Shown: piece after piece, positions 37,550 through 52,817 of the stretch | Position numbering within the stretch: the first letter of the stretch is position 1 | Layout: each line of letters begins with the position of its first letter | The notes under the pieces: generated by a model | Databases searched by the model: none | What the model saw: the letters and a program-made list of their open reading frames with translations, nothing else | Told to the model about the DNA's origin: nothing | Made by a program: the position numbers and the translations under genes | Assembly (NCBI GenBank): GCA_051362555.1 | Contig: CM120647.1 | Location: 12,004,651-12,068,650 of the forward strand | Length of the DNA stretch: 64,000 nucleotides | Direction: 5' to 3' | Origin: Lingula anatina | Taxonomy: Eukaryota > Animalia > Brachiopoda

Positions 37550-40220
37550 ACAAGCTAGTAAGCACATTGCATATCCCCATTGCAAGTTGGGGATTGTTTA
37601 TGAATATATATTGTATATTAGTGAAATGTTTGAGTGATCTAGAAGAATTTGAATAAGAACTATGTGTATGGGAGGTCTCAGTTGGAGACGGAATTGTTTT
37701 TCAGTTGCTAACGTAAGTTCCAAATATCAAAGTTACAAATGGTTCTCATTTATTGTAAATACGTTTATATTGTGAATTAATTCAATCCTACTGAGTTGTT
37801 TTGATATTCGTACAGCACAATATCTTTGGTATTTCTTCCAGGAAAAGGGGCGGGGCCCAGCCATGTCAATCATTAACGAAAACGTAGTTTCAACATCGTG
37901 TCAAGTCAGTAGACAGTCTCTGTCTTTCTTTTATTCTTAAAGCACATTTTGGGCGCCTAAAGCTCCTACTGATCAACTGTCAACATTTTCTAAAGGTCTA
38001 GTTTATATTCCCTTTTGTATACCAGTACGTTCTATTATTCTATTCGATGGAGCGTAAGGCTATTCTCATATATCAAGCGCCGCATTATATTGAAGCAGCC
38101 AAAATGCCTCCTTATTTTATATATCATTAACATACCTGTATTTTTGTTGCAAAATCCTAGCGGATACATGTTTGTCTCTCTTTCGATTTATTTTCGTGTA
38201 TGTTTATTTATTCTAGTTTAATTAATTAGCCTGATTCAAGTGACACTGAAAACTTGTCAATAAGCCATCCGAACTTATAAAAATGTATACCAGATGCATG
38301 CTTAAAGTGTAACCGTACCTCTTGTTGAACAAAGAAGGATATTAATTAACTAACACGTACCTCAACGCCTTGTGCCGCCCAACAATCATTGTATTAAATG
38401 TCATTTTTATTCATATGTATTAATGAACTGTTGTGATGAAACTGGTATGCATTTTTTAGAAGTACGGATGACTTATTGATAAGTTTTCAGTTTCACTTGA
38501 ATCTGCCGTTTACTACTTATTCGTTTGTTTGTTCATTTATTCAATAATTTATTGGTTAACTCACGTTTAAACATTTTAAATAGATTGAAAAAATGATCAT
38601 CATTCTCAAAAATCGATTCATTTTAGTACCAAAAACGCTCGCCTTTTAAGGGTAAAAGATACTGAGAGCACTAAACCCCCTGCTGGGTGTCTGATGTTTA
38701 GCACGTGTATAAATAACTCAGCTTTTTTTAAATTCAGTCGTTTCCGCACTGTTGATCGAATACAAATCTGAACGTGATGGGAATTACAACATTTTTTTTA
38801 ATCCATTTTTGAAATACATCGTTTAGATGTCTATCAGAATCAATGCCGCTGCAGTAATTTATTGTGTTTTGAAGGTTTCTTCTCTACTGCAAATCACATC
38901 AAATCTCCCCTGTGGTGTTCTAATTAACATAGAATATATGTTATCATAATGCTGACCATTTAAGATCGTGTTTAAGTTTATTGCTATGAAGAGTGTGAAT
39001 AAGGGACTCATGGTAATTATCTTAAATCAACAAAAAAAGAAATTTTGTTCTTTAATTAAGACCAACTTTGTTTCATCTTGAAGAATTTGAATAAGAAGTT
39101 TGTGTATGAAAGGTCTCAGTTTGAGACGGAATTGTTTTTCAGTTGCTAACGTAAGTTCCGACATCAAAGTGACTCATAGTTCTCATTTATTGTAAATACT
39201 TTTACATTGTGGCTTAATTCAATCCTACTGAGTTGTTTTGATATTCGTATAGCACAATGTCTTTGGTATTTCTTCCAAGAAAAGGGGCGGGGCCCAGACA
39301 TATCAATCATTAATGAAAACGTAGTTTCAACATCGTGTCAAGTCAGTAGACAATCCCTGTCTTTCTTTTATTCTTAAAGCACATTTGGGCGCCTAAAGCT
39401 CCTACTGATCAACTGTCAACATTTTCTAAAGGTCTAGTTTATATTCCCTTTTGTATACCAGTACTTTCTATTATTTTATTCGATGGAGCGTAAGGCTATT
39501 CTCATATATCAAGCGCCGCATTATATTGAAGCAGCCAAAATGCCTCCTTATTTTATATATCATTGATGTATTTTAGTTATCCCGGATTCGTTAGTCGCGC
39601 TTTCTTTTATTCTAGTTTGATTAATTAGCCTGATTCAAGTGAAACTAAAAACTTATCAATAAGCCTTCCAAACTTTTAAAATGCTTAGGCCTACCACTTT
39701 CATCACATCAGTTCATTAATACAAATAAATGAAGTAAAGTACATTTAATACGATGATTGTTGGACTACAGAAGGCGTTGATGAATGTATTACTCAATATT
39801 CTTCTTTGTTCAGAAAACTCACCTTTATTTTAATCATGTATCTGCCGTTTACTACACATTCGTTTGTTTGTTCATTCATTCACTCATTTATTGATTTACT
39901 CACTTTTTAAAAATTATATTAAAATATATTGATTCTCAATCTCAATTTTTTTAAATCCATTTTAGAAATACATCGCTTAGATGTCTATCAGAGTCAATGC
40001 TGCTGCAGTAATGTATTGTGCTTTGGTTTCTTCTCTACTGCAATTGACAGCAAATCTCCTCTTTGGTGTTCTTGTTAAAATAAAATTTATCTTATCATAA
40101 CGCTAACCATTTAAGATCGTGTTTAAGTTTATTGCTATGGAAAGTGTGAATAAGGGACTCATGGTAACTGTTTTTACCTTAAATAATTATAAAAAAACAT
40201 GACATTTTGGTCTTAAGTAA
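37550..40220. repeat. Two tandem copies (~1.4 and ~1.1 kb) of the intergenic module
   Basis: gaagaatttgaataagaa...ggtctcagt..gagacggaattgtttttcagttgctaacgtaagttcc occurs at ~37640 and ~39080. Confidence 0.85.
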
Positions 40221-42485
40221 AGACCACCTTTGTGCCTCTTACATTGAAACATAAAGGCCAGAAAAAGAGAGACAGGGATAGACATCTTCAACGTTTGGCT
40301 TTAAAATTACCCAGTGTCAAATAAATGTAAAATTTTCTACTTGATTTAAACTTATTATCAAGTCTCAGTTTTGCATTTTAATTATCTAGTTTAAGTATAT
40401 TACGTTTTCATCTTTATTAATTTATGCACTATTATTCATCGTCCATATCCTGCTCAGTTATTGTAGGGCCTATGATTTTGTTTCAACTTTCTTCCAAGAA
40501 AAGGAGCGTGACTAGACTTATTAATCAGTATTGAAAACATCATTCGGCACATTATTTATTGTGCGATTGTCAATTCAATTAACTAATTTAAATGGATAGG
40601 TGAGTTATTAGTGCCACCCCAGACCCACACAATATTACTGTTTTAAATCATGAAATGTTTATCAATCACAAAAAAAAAATATATATATATATATATTACA
40701 GACTGGTCGAACAAGTAGACTTTCAGATACATAAATATACAACACCTTTATCTTGTGCAGGTTCTCTTGAATTTACCGCGGATTAAAATATTTTAAAATT
40801 TAAATTCAAAGATGTGCTCATTAAATTTTAAATGATGTCATCAATTTCCACTATATTCTACTTTGCGACCGTGGTACTTAATTGTGTTTCCATGGTTTCT
40901 TCTCTATCGCAATTCAAAGTACATGTAAATCACACCTGCTGTATTCTGGTTGATTTCAATCGATTTACATGTGCGACTGACATTTTGTAATTGTGTGGAA
41001 ACTCTTCCTTTTTGTAACTGTAGGTGATCTAATTTATGTATGGAACTGGTCATACGTAATTGTATAAAATAAATTTAATTTTATTGGCATGTAGAATGTG
41101 CATAAGCGGTGATATGGTCAAGGCTAAATTGACCATGTCTTTTTTGAAGGGACTGGACTCGCAGTGTTCACTGGCTCTCTTCTACCTTGCCTGTGATGGA
41201 AAAGGTCAAGGTCACAAGAGAGAAGGTGTCAGTTTGACTGCTCCTATTGGCGCCTACTATCTGGAACGCTATTTTGGTGGTAAAGTAAAAATTATAAATT
41301 TTCTATCAAGATGTTACGATGTATTTATTGTGAAATATGAATCTCACACGGACAGCTGTTATAACGTTCATTAATTTATCATTACTGAAAATTTACAAAA
41401 TAAACAATAATATTACATGATAACCATATATCTGTCCTTAGAAAAATTTTATTTGGGTTTCTGTTAGACGCTTTGATAAGAGGCAGCAATGAGTTCGAGT
41501 ATTTGCAGTCAGCATCCTTATCTCGATAATTACTGAGGGAAGTCAAGAATCTTACCAAGGGGCTAGAACTTGTAAAAAGCTGAGTAGGGGGCATGCGTCG
41601 CCCTTGCCCCTCCCCTCTGATATTGATGTAATCTAAAATGTTTATTTTACATAATCTAAATTTCACGTACGCGTCCAATCCTCATGATCGGATTCATGCC
41701 CCTGACCCGTAACCCAGATCACGTGCCTTATCACATCACCACCCCTCTATTGAAACATCAAAATAGTCAGTTATACAGGGGTAAGTATAGTTTAATGGTA
41801 TCCAATTTGGGGAACTTTACCAGGCTGGTTATCTTAAATTTTGTCTTTGAAAATACACCATATCCCTGTAAGTTCAAAAAACACCTGTCCAAGAAATTAA
41901 TAATAAAGCAAAATGCACTTTATGCTTTTCAACCGTTTTATTTAACCCACTTTTTAAGAATTTAAAGACAAAAGATATTTCAGGAAAACCAATATGCCAA
42001 GAAGGAAGACAGACAGAGCTGAAACCGTTTACTTAATCAATAGGGTACACTTCTACTACGGACATGATGCGTCCAGTAGGCCAACTTATACCGTTCAAGT
42101 ACATCAAAAAAGTATGAAGTCGTAATTCTCCTAAATTTGTCCCGATTAACCCCACTTTTTTTATCTTACCAATATTAGACCTAATACTACAACATAATAG
42201 GTCCTGAATAAAATAAGCCCACGTCGCATTTTCAATCTTGGTTCAGCCAACAAAATGTTATGTTATTATTTATCCAAGGAAACACCATTGAACTTTTTTT
42301 AAGCTGCATGTGCGACCGAAATCTAATAGCAGACAGTACAGTTAAGTAAATGAATAATATTATAAGAGCCAAAATCTAACATGTATATATTTTGATCACA
42401 AATAGGGATTATTTGTTTTCAAATCAAAGACGATCATCCAAACAGTCCGTCTGTAAGCTCCAGTCTACCAGCTGACCAAGGTCAT

Positions 42486-43284
42486 TTATTCTAAAATATC
42501 TTCATCACCCAGGAGACGGAAAGCGTCACTGTAGCGGCGTTTGCTGTAAAGGAATCGAAAGGTATTGACATAAAATGCATTGATTGAAAAAATAGTTGAC
42601 TTTGTCAACAATTGCTTTCTCAAGAAAATAAGATATAAGAAGACTGCTTTGGCTGATCAAAAATAGACATAATTCATGGAAGCTATCAGATGTATACAAA
42701 GAGAGCGTGAACTATGAAAAGCTGCTATGGAATTAAAAAAAAAACTGTAATTTTTTTCTATCTAAAATAACCACGTGAAAGTCTGACTTGCGTCAAAAAC
42801 GTTAAGGGTCCTTTCCATATTGAGTAATATCCTTATTCAAAATAGCCTGTATCATTGCAATAGTAGAGGTCCTAACATGTTATTGCACATCTGTGATATT
42901 TACTCCCTTCCCCCAATCATTTTTATATACCGGCAAAACCCTGTACTACAGGGTAAAATAAATGAATTACAAATTTTACTGTTCCGAGATCATTATTTCA
43001 TTAGAAATTGCTATGTAATCGCAGAGAGCAATTTCATTGTGACAACAGAAAATCGCTTACTTCCTCGAGGTCAAACCAAAACGGGTAACTCCTTCATAGG
43101 TGCCATTGTAGGTAAGCCCCACCCCGAGGAAAAAGCCACCTTCAGCATTTTCATCAAGACCGGCATGGATGACGGCACGACAGACATGGGAATTCTGGAA
43201 ATGAAGAGAGGACCAAATGCGAACTAATATCAACGTAAATGTGCGTGCGCGTGTGTGTACTGTATTCGCAGTAAATGTTTATAT

Positions 43285-43339
<55 letters not shown>

Positions 43340-44825
43340 TAAAAAGTGAATATTAAGAAAGATAAACAACGGAATAAAATGAAGATTAAAAAAAATCAAT
43401 CAGCGCGGGAGTGCCCGTTTGGCCAAAATTATGTTATCAAAAAATAAATACATGAGTAAAAATTATGAAAAAAATAAACAATAGTATAGGATAAAAAAAA
43501 AAAAACAATCAATCAATTGAGAAAAAAAAATAGCATAATATAAATGGGTATAAAAATGAAGCGTACAATTTAACGAGAGAGAGAGATATATAGATAGGAG
43601 AGAATATACCATTCTTCAATAACCGATGGCATCATTGCTTACCGCGGTGTAAGTATCGTTGCCAAACAGTTTTCCAGCCTCGTTACATCCCGGTGGACAC
43701 CAGAACCTGGAATAAAATACAAATATATCTCTCCACTGTCACGTTGTTTGAGTTATGAAAATGAGTAAACAGCAAGATGGAAAGTGAACTGGTTAATATT
43801 ATCAACCTGTATTCGTCCAATAAAGAATTACAAAAACGTGTGTGAATGTGTAAAACACTCAAGCTTTCGGCATAAGCTCTTTTTAAGGCCTGTAGATTAA
43901 ATATAATATTTCATTTATTGAACAGTCCCTGAAGAAGACGCATATGCCGAAAGCTTGGGCAATTTTATACACATATAACTTTTTGATGAACTATATAGAT
44001 GACTTAAGAATTAATTTATTATTTAAAAAGAGGACAACAAGTGATACTAATGAATCTTCATTTAGGTTGAATACTGGGAATGGTACCTTTAACTTACCTA
44101 CACTCCTCTCCGTCGCGAAGCGTAAGTTTGCCGCAGCTTCGTTTCCAATTGGTCGAACAGGTCTGCTTGAGGACATCGCAACCGTTTCCATACTTCTTCC
44201 AAGACCTGCAGCGGCACACCTGGCCACCGTCCGGGAAATCGAGACAATCTCCTTTGCAGCTGCGTCGTTCACAAGCTGATGAAAACAAATGATAATTACA
44301 ATATAATGCTATAGTGAATCGGGCAATGAATTAACATATTTTGAAGGTCTTCTCTTAACATTAAGTTTTAAAAAATAAGAGCGATGATTATGAAGTTATA
44401 AAGTAGTTAAAATAATAGATGATAACAAAGTTGCTTAAATTCTTAAATCAAATAATCTCATCCGTAAGGACGAAATAGCAGCAGCAACAACAACAGCGTT
44501 ATCAAATTGATAATGATAATAATAATGATAATGATGCTGATAATATGTTCTTTTTTTAAGTTCAAGATAGATCCACAGTAGCCTAGTCCAATTCAGTGAA
44601 TAAGGATTGCATTTACATTTTAGCTATTTCTTGTCATAAAACAGTTTCAGTCTTTTATTGGGTACTCAGGCTGAAATTAGGTCTTGATTTGAATACCTTC
44701 ACGTTTCATTGAAATGACTTACGCTTTTTCGCTATTATAAAAAGGGTACTTACTGGGTAACTCTTCCTCTTCGGCTACAGCTACAATATAAGCAAATGTT
44801 TGTGTATGAAATATTCTGAATAGTA

Positions 44826-44885
<60 letters not shown>

Positions 44886-46535
44886 CATCTTTTTAACGTT
44901 ATGTGGAAGGCTTTTTATATAGGGTGCAGTACATAATAACCCTCGAAGAGATGGTTCTCATATTTCACTTCTAACTTTTTATACATTTAACACCCTATAT
45001 AGATCTTAATTTACGTGGCTATGTTGTGTTCCATTCAATGGCAAACTAAAATGGAGCACGTGCATTGGGTAATACACTTGGGTACTTAATATTCAATGAT
45101 TGTTTGGCCTGACCACACCTTTTGAATAACAGTCTACTCCATTTACTCACAAAGGGAAGGAACAAACCCAAATGTATATACTGTTTGTCATCATTAAAAA
45201 AATAAATTACCAGTGCACGTTCTACCGTCTCCATCAAAGCCTGCAGAACATGCGCATTCGAAACTTCCGGCAGTGTTGTTGCACACGGCATTTGAATCGC
45301 AGTCGTGATCACCGTTGCTGCACTCATCGATATCTGGAAATATTCGTGGTTTTGAGCATTGGTACCACAGTTACAGTAGCAACTACCACAATTTTACAAG
45401 TTTCTAATATTTTTGTCAGCAATTGCATTTTCCTTTTGGTGTGATAATCAGATCGATGGTTCATTGGGTTTTCCCAGTATTTTGATATCAAACTCCAAGA
45501 CTGCATAAAAGCCATACAAAAATGATGAATGAACAATGACATGTTAATAATAATAATAATGTTTTGAAAATATATGTGCATTCTAAACCATCGCCTTCAT
45601 AACCTTCAGCGCATGCGCATTCAAAACCGCCTTCAGTGTTATTACACTGGGCATTGACGTCACAGTTTGTACCTCGTCTTTCTTTCTAGATGTAGACGAG
45701 TACCTCCCAGAGGCACTCGTCTACATCTAGAAAGATGATTTTTTTTATTATCTAAAATTTGTGTACATTCATGCACAGGCATACCAACGGTTTCAGTAGC
45801 GCATAGCCTGATATTGCAGTAGCTTTGGTACTTTGTCCTAGCTGGCGAATTTTATTAAAAAATATGTACTGTACGTGCACTCACAATGTGAGCGCAGCAC
45901 TGCATAGTCTTGGAAATAAAAATACTACAAAAATAAAAACTTCACTGTCATACTTTAAAAGGTTGAGAAATCCCAGTGCACAATAGCACGAAGTTTTATA
46001 TATTTTGATGGGATAAAAACGTGCGTGCGTGATGCTCAGTTGTCTTACCAACACATTGCTCATTGTCTCCCATGGTGTAACCTTCTGCGCATGCGCACTC
46101 ATAACTGCCCACGGTGTTGGTGCATACAGAGTTAGGTCCACAAACGTCCGAGACTTCGCACTCATCAACATCTAGGTAATATGACAGTTATTATTACTAA
46201 TGCATGAGTATTCGATAACATGTCTGTCGAACTGCATGTAAGGGTGCATTCCCAGAGACATAGATCGACCTAACTCCCTGGGGGTTCACGCTAAATTGCA
46301 GTCAGCCGAGCGCGCACCATAGTTAATTACCCCCTTACAGCTTTAAGTAGGCGGGGCAGACGCTTAAGCCGGCTAAGCTGACAGTAATCTAGTGAGACTC
46401 CCCACAGGGATAGATCAATCTAAAATATATGGGAATGGGGTCCTAGACGTAAGAAAGAACGTAATAAAATATTCCATTAACAAACATGAATATGAAGGCA
46501 TGAATTTAAGCTTATGCACATTATTTTTGTATTTC

Positions 46536-46582
<47 letters not shown>

Positions 46583-48684
46583 ATGCCAAAATTAAAATCA
46601 AAACGTAATGCCAGCGCCTGTTATCAAATTAAATCCCGTTTCTTTTCTTAGTTGCACAATAGCACGAAGTTTTATATTTTGATGAGATAAAAACGTGATG
46701 CTCAGTTGTCTTACCAACACACTGCTCATTGTCACCCATGGTGTACCCTTCTGCGCATGCGCACTCATAACTGCCCACGGTGTTGGTGCATACAGAGTTG
46801 GATCCGCAAACTTCCGATTCTTCACACTCATCAACATCTACATGTAGGTAGTTTGACAACAATCATTCTATTGCATGAGGACTACACAAAGATACGCGTA
46901 GAACGAAATAAAAAGATAAATAAATGCCCCATTCACAAAGATGAAAGTGAAGGCATAAGCTTAAGTTACATGCACTGTTATTGTATTCCATTAAAACAAA
47001 AATCATAATGATTAAATAACAGCAAGGCGCAATACTACCCAGAGCCTGTTATTTCATTAAGGTCCTTTACGTCACTCAGACTGTCGGTGCAAACAAGTGA
47101 GACATTTCATATTATCACCTCACTCGAAAAACAAAACACCTGGGCATATCCACAAAAAATTGATAAATAAATAAATAAATAAATAATATGACAACAGCAT
47201 TCTTTGGGCAACAATTTCATCTTGTAGCCTTACCTTCGCAGATATGACCGTCGCCTTGGTAACCGTCCATACACTCGCACGTGTAATTTCCAACCGTATT
47301 TGTGCAAACTGCATTGACGTCACAATCGTGTGTGCCGGCAGAACATTCGTCTTCGTCTGCAATGTAAAATATAAAAAAAAAAATATTTTTTTTTTGCCAG
47401 GAAGAATACAAAAGGAAATCAAACACCTGATCATCTTCACTCGTACAAATCTCGCCAGGGAGTTCTGTTCGTGCTGTCCCAACCCCCCGAGAGACCCCCT
47501 CCAAGATGCTTCATTGCCCTTGAAGGTTCCTTCTTCAAAAACCTTGTAAACAGCTTGATAATATAAGCGTTGTCTAGATTGATAACCTGATAACACATTT
47601 AACATAATTCAATTTCAATTGACTTTGTCTATTGACTTTTGCCAACTTGTGTATTGGTTTTTCACAGTACGTTAGAGGTTAATTTAAAAAAGACATATCA
47701 TTAATTTTTTCGTGACCCAGGGCGACAAAAGCGCCCACGGCAAGCACTGATATTGTGCCCCAACTTCGCAGCTAACGACCTACAAATAACACCGCTTCTC
47801 TACTGTATAGTTGATTTTTTTTTATTATCTAAACCTCACCTTCACACTCGTGGCCGTCCCCATCATAACCGTTGTGACATGAACACGTGTAACTGCCTGG
47901 GGTATTGGTACAGGTGGCGTTGCCGTCACAGGTATGTGTCCCACTTTCACATTCATTTATGTCTGAAATATGTGTGCATCAGAGGACGGTATCAACGTCA
48001 AATATACCTTTTTTTTCTAAAATGCATGTCAAAAAGTAATGGTTTTATTATCTAATAGATTATCGATTTTCAAGGTGATCTGTGCATACAATTGCAAGTA
48101 CACGTATTAACAGTATTAAATACTACATATTCAAGTATAATATTACATTATTTGATGTATAAAATGCCCAGAATTACAAATCGAATCTCCCTATTTCCCT
48201 ATTTAAATTGACTATTCTACTCTACCAAAAATCAGTTTACCCTTACTCATTCTCGAAGTAACTGTTTAAAAAAATCAAAAAAGAAAACAATTCACTTTGC
48301 ATAGAAAAAAATCACTTATCATTCAATTTTATGTATTATTTTTAAAATTGTGTTTTGAAAAGAATCCCTAATACATTCTAAAATATCTACAGATGAATAT
48401 TGGAATATTGATTAATAAAACTGCAATCAGTAAATAAGTAAATAAATACATTTTGTCATTTTCACGCCACATTTACAAATTTAGAAGAAAACACACACCT
48501 GTACATTGGACTCCATTGCCTTGGAACCCCTCTCTGCACCTGCAGGTGAAGCTTCCCTGTGTATTTTCGCAGTCAGCATTAACGTCACAATTGTGAGTGT
48601 CATGCGCGCATTCATTTTTATCTAAAACGATGAGGATGGTGGTGACAATGCATAGGAAAATATACACAGAGAGAACATAACATA

Positions 48685-48725
<41 letters not shown>

Positions 48726-50259
48726 CATCGTTAAGAAGTTTTTTAAGGAACGCTGCTGCTAGTTTTATGAGGGCTGTAAATCACATGTTTTTAGCTTCTG
48801 CAAACTGAGCAATATTGGCCGGTCTGACCACATCTATAATTCGACTGAATAAAAGAGTCATCATTGACCAATATTTGGCCAATCAACGGTACCTGTGCAC
48901 GTGAATCCGTTCCCAGCATACCCGGAGTTGCACGAACATCTGTAACTTCCTATGGTATTGATGCAGTAAGCGTTGAAGGAGCACCTGTGGCGTCTAGAGG
49001 TGCATTCATTGATATCTGGAATGATCATTCCTTCATTTTGAATGTGTATTTGTCATTAATTAATTTATTAACCACCCATATGATTTTCATAGAAGCGCTA
49101 GTACAACATTTTTTAAAAAAATGTATTCATTAAGTAATTGATTGATTATTAAGGCGACATGATTGAGGAGTTTAATCATAGACTGGGTGATTTTCAAAAC
49201 TGGCCTGATCGTTTATTTTTAGCACGCGCCAAGCTGACCGTTCCTGGGGTTTACTTTATTTTGTTTGATTTTTGGGTGGAATAACCTGTGATGCACATGG
49301 TAAGTGAAGTACACACAGGTCTAGGGGCTTAAGGAAAGGAAGCATTTGTTTTGGGTAATTTTTCAACACTTACGCTGTAATCAACAAGACAATTGTAATT
49401 TCAACTCGGGGGTAAAATGTTGAAATTTAGACCTCCAGAATTGGTTTATAGATGATGGCTTTTCTCAAAGATCTTGTACCTAGATGACAATAGTAAAATT
49501 CTGAAATGTCCAGGATTTTGGCCAGTTAGAGGTCTAACCCGCCTTTAAACACCACAGATAGCCTACCTGAGCAAGAGACGCCGTTGCCAGTGTAGCCAGT
49601 ATTACATCTGCAAGTGTAACTTCCCGCAGTATTGGTGCAGCGAGCGTTACTGTGGCAGTTGTTACTCCTTGAACTTGAACATTCATTGATATCTAACAAA
49701 AAGTTATAATGATATTAAGGACGAATTTCACCTTAACGCTATTTTCAAAATAATTTAAGACAAAGAAACAGATATTAATTATTATCCTAAAGACATAATA
49801 AGTATGATGCAAGTAAAAAAATAAAAATGAATAAATACATTAACACATAAATAAATAAATAAACAAATGACCAAACACAATTTTAAATAGTGTACTTCGT
49901 AGAATTCCATCTCTTTCATAAAGTTTCGGAGATGTTGCTGCTGCTGAAACTTCATTTGTTTATTTACAACGATTAGGTAATGAAACTGTTCAATGCGCAC
50001 AGTGAAAACAAAGAAAGATTAACTTGCCAATAACTATAAAAATTAACTGAGATTTACTGTTGACAACCAGAATTGATCAGGAAAATGTTGACTGTGATTG
50101 GCATTAAAGTGTCCCTACCTGAGCAAGAGACGCCGTTGCCACTGTAGCCAGTATTACATCTGCAAGTGTAACTTCCCGCAGTATTGGTGCAGCGAGCGTT
50201 ACTGTGGCAGTTGTTACTCCTTGAACTTGAACATTCATTGATATCTAACAAGAAGCAGA

Positions 50260-50306
<47 letters not shown>

Positions 50307-50660
50307 TTGCATACAAATATCAATGCACTTTTCAAATTAATAAAAAACAAATATTAATTTTATCCTTAAAGACATATTAATTTTGATACAAGTCAAATAA
50401 AAACAAACAAAAACCATTACACAAAAAAAAAAAAAAAATAGTGAATAATTCTGTCTCTTCGACTCTATACGGGCACTTGTCGATTGTGCTGTATTTAGCT
50501 AAAATGTATCTACATTGTTACTTTAAATTCAGTTGTCCATTTCAGCTTAAGCGAAACGATACTAGAAGGGCCATAGGATATCTGACACTGCTGTATCAAA
50601 TTCATGGTCCTATTTTATAAACAAATTAGACGTGCCTTTGAATAACTCTTGTCACTGTTA

Positions 50661-50699
<39 letters not shown>

Positions 50700-51693
50700 A
50701 TACTTAAAAATATTTTGTTTAACTTGTAGCTTATGGTTTCTATAACTTAATATATGTGTTTAATTTATCTATGTATCTATGTATATAAGTTTTTAGTAGT
50801 TAGTTTTAAATATCATATACATAAGTAAACAGCGCTAAGACGCATGTGTAGCACGATTTTAAGAAATTTAGTATTAAAATTATTATAATTATTATTATTA
50901 TTGATACGTAGACTTAGAAAATATGGCTTCAACAAATTTTCAGCCGTGCACAGTGTACATTTTAACTCCCAAAATACTTACCTGAACAAGACCTGCCGCT
51001 GCCAGTGTAGCCAGTATTACACCTGCAAGTGTAACTTCCCGCAGTATTGGTGCAGCGAGCGTTACTGTGGCAGTTGTTACTCCTTGAACTTGAACATTCA
51101 TTGATATCTAAAAGTGCAATGTTAATTATTATTATTGGAAAAGTTACAGTTTGTTTAGTTGCTAACGTATTTTGCTATTTATCGTAAGATATTGTGCTAA
51201 TTGAGCAATTTAGGAAAGGAAAGTTGAATGTAGTGTTAAAAAATATATTTTCACATGACGGACCCTGCGCGAGTTTTCCAACATGCCTTTTTCTCCAATA
51301 AGCACGCTTCTTGTCTGTCTACATTTTACCAAATGATGTGGAGCATAATGGAAAATAGGAACGATATATATTTCTGTGTCAACGTTATGTATATTTGTAC
51401 TGACGAAGGAAGAAATTCTGGTCACTGAACACAGCAGTCACTTCGCTATACATGTACCAGTGGCTGAAGAAGTCCCTCTCGAAGATTTTGGAAACAAAAT
51501 TAATTTTCTTAAAATATTCAACCACTTTTCAGCAATCAACACGAATAGCCCATCAATTCTGTTGACTTTAATTAGAATCAAAAATTTAAATGTCAGTTTT
51601 CTCAACTCGACTTCAAATTCAAATTCTAGATGTCTGGTTATCATTTCTGTTTACTTTTTGAATGCATTTTTTCTAAAGTTATTAACGTTTTTC

Positions 51694-51731
<38 letters not shown>

Positions 51732-52782
51732 TTTGTCAAAGGTGATACATTGCCTTTGATACATCCTTAATGCTATTAGAGTATAAAATGAAAATATTCA
51801 GGAAAACTCAAATCTCGGAGAATATTTTACGGAGAAGAAAATCAATCATACCTCTGCAAATTAATCCGCTTCTCGTGTAGCCTGAACGACATCCTGGAAC
51901 ACGAAAGCAAGGCACATTATCTATTGGCTAAATGATACGCAGCATATATGTTACAAAGGGAACATAGTCGGACTTTATGTTAAAATCCGCATCATCTTCA
52001 ATGCACGAAACATAACTTAGTGCAATGTTAACACTACAAAGCCATTTATACATTGTACCCAAAAATACATAGATAAATAATAAAAAAATGTTTATAAAAC
52101 TATTATAAATCAAAATGCGTATGCGAAGTGTTGAGAAGTAGACGTCTCGTGAGAGAAGTGAAAGGACTGCAACATATTGATTAAAACATAGTGAGAATGA
52201 AGTCTAAACGTCAACTTACTGACAATCCTTCTCACTGCATTCGATACTGTAATAGAAATAACAAAACACGTTACATACATGAACACTGACTCTTATAAAT
52301 ATCTTGAAATATGTTCTGCGACTCATGAAGGAGTAAATCCGCACATTAAGTATTCATGTTTATTGCAACGCCATTTTCTAACTGCCACACCAATACTGAA
52401 AACATACACAGTACTGTATGTGGAAAGCAATATTTCCAATATACTCCCTTTCTAAAACAATGTGTCAAAACGACTAATATTTCTGTCCGCTAAATAAAAA
52501 ACAATTACCAATCAAGTCTTGTTCGTTACATTAGTTACTATCCACAACTATGGAATTGATTCCTTGATTTATTCAAATATCACAAGTATAGTATAAAACA
52601 CTTTATATGTACTTACTGCTGCTAAAAAAACGTTTCGACCGTTTAAGGTGGGCTTCAGGTTGTCCAAGGCTCTCATCAATCCTGTAGAAATAAAGGTTGA
52701 CTTCAGCTGCTTAAACGGCACCCGTATGCAGATTTTCAAAGAAACGATTAGGCGGATAATCTGACATCTTTTAATCTCTATA

Positions 52783-52817
<35 letters not shown>

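Noticed and set aside
43944-44292. ORFs 43944-44279 (+), 43991-44272 (-) and 62569-62796 (-)
   Set aside because: Antisense or out-of-frame shadows of the Kazal-like exon, whose true frame is fixed by the splice phases.
47400-47605. Intronic ORF segment faintly resembling Kolobok-associated P2X7-like C-terminal motifs
   Set aside because: The similarity is too weak to support by eye, and no compatible splice sites would make it an exon.
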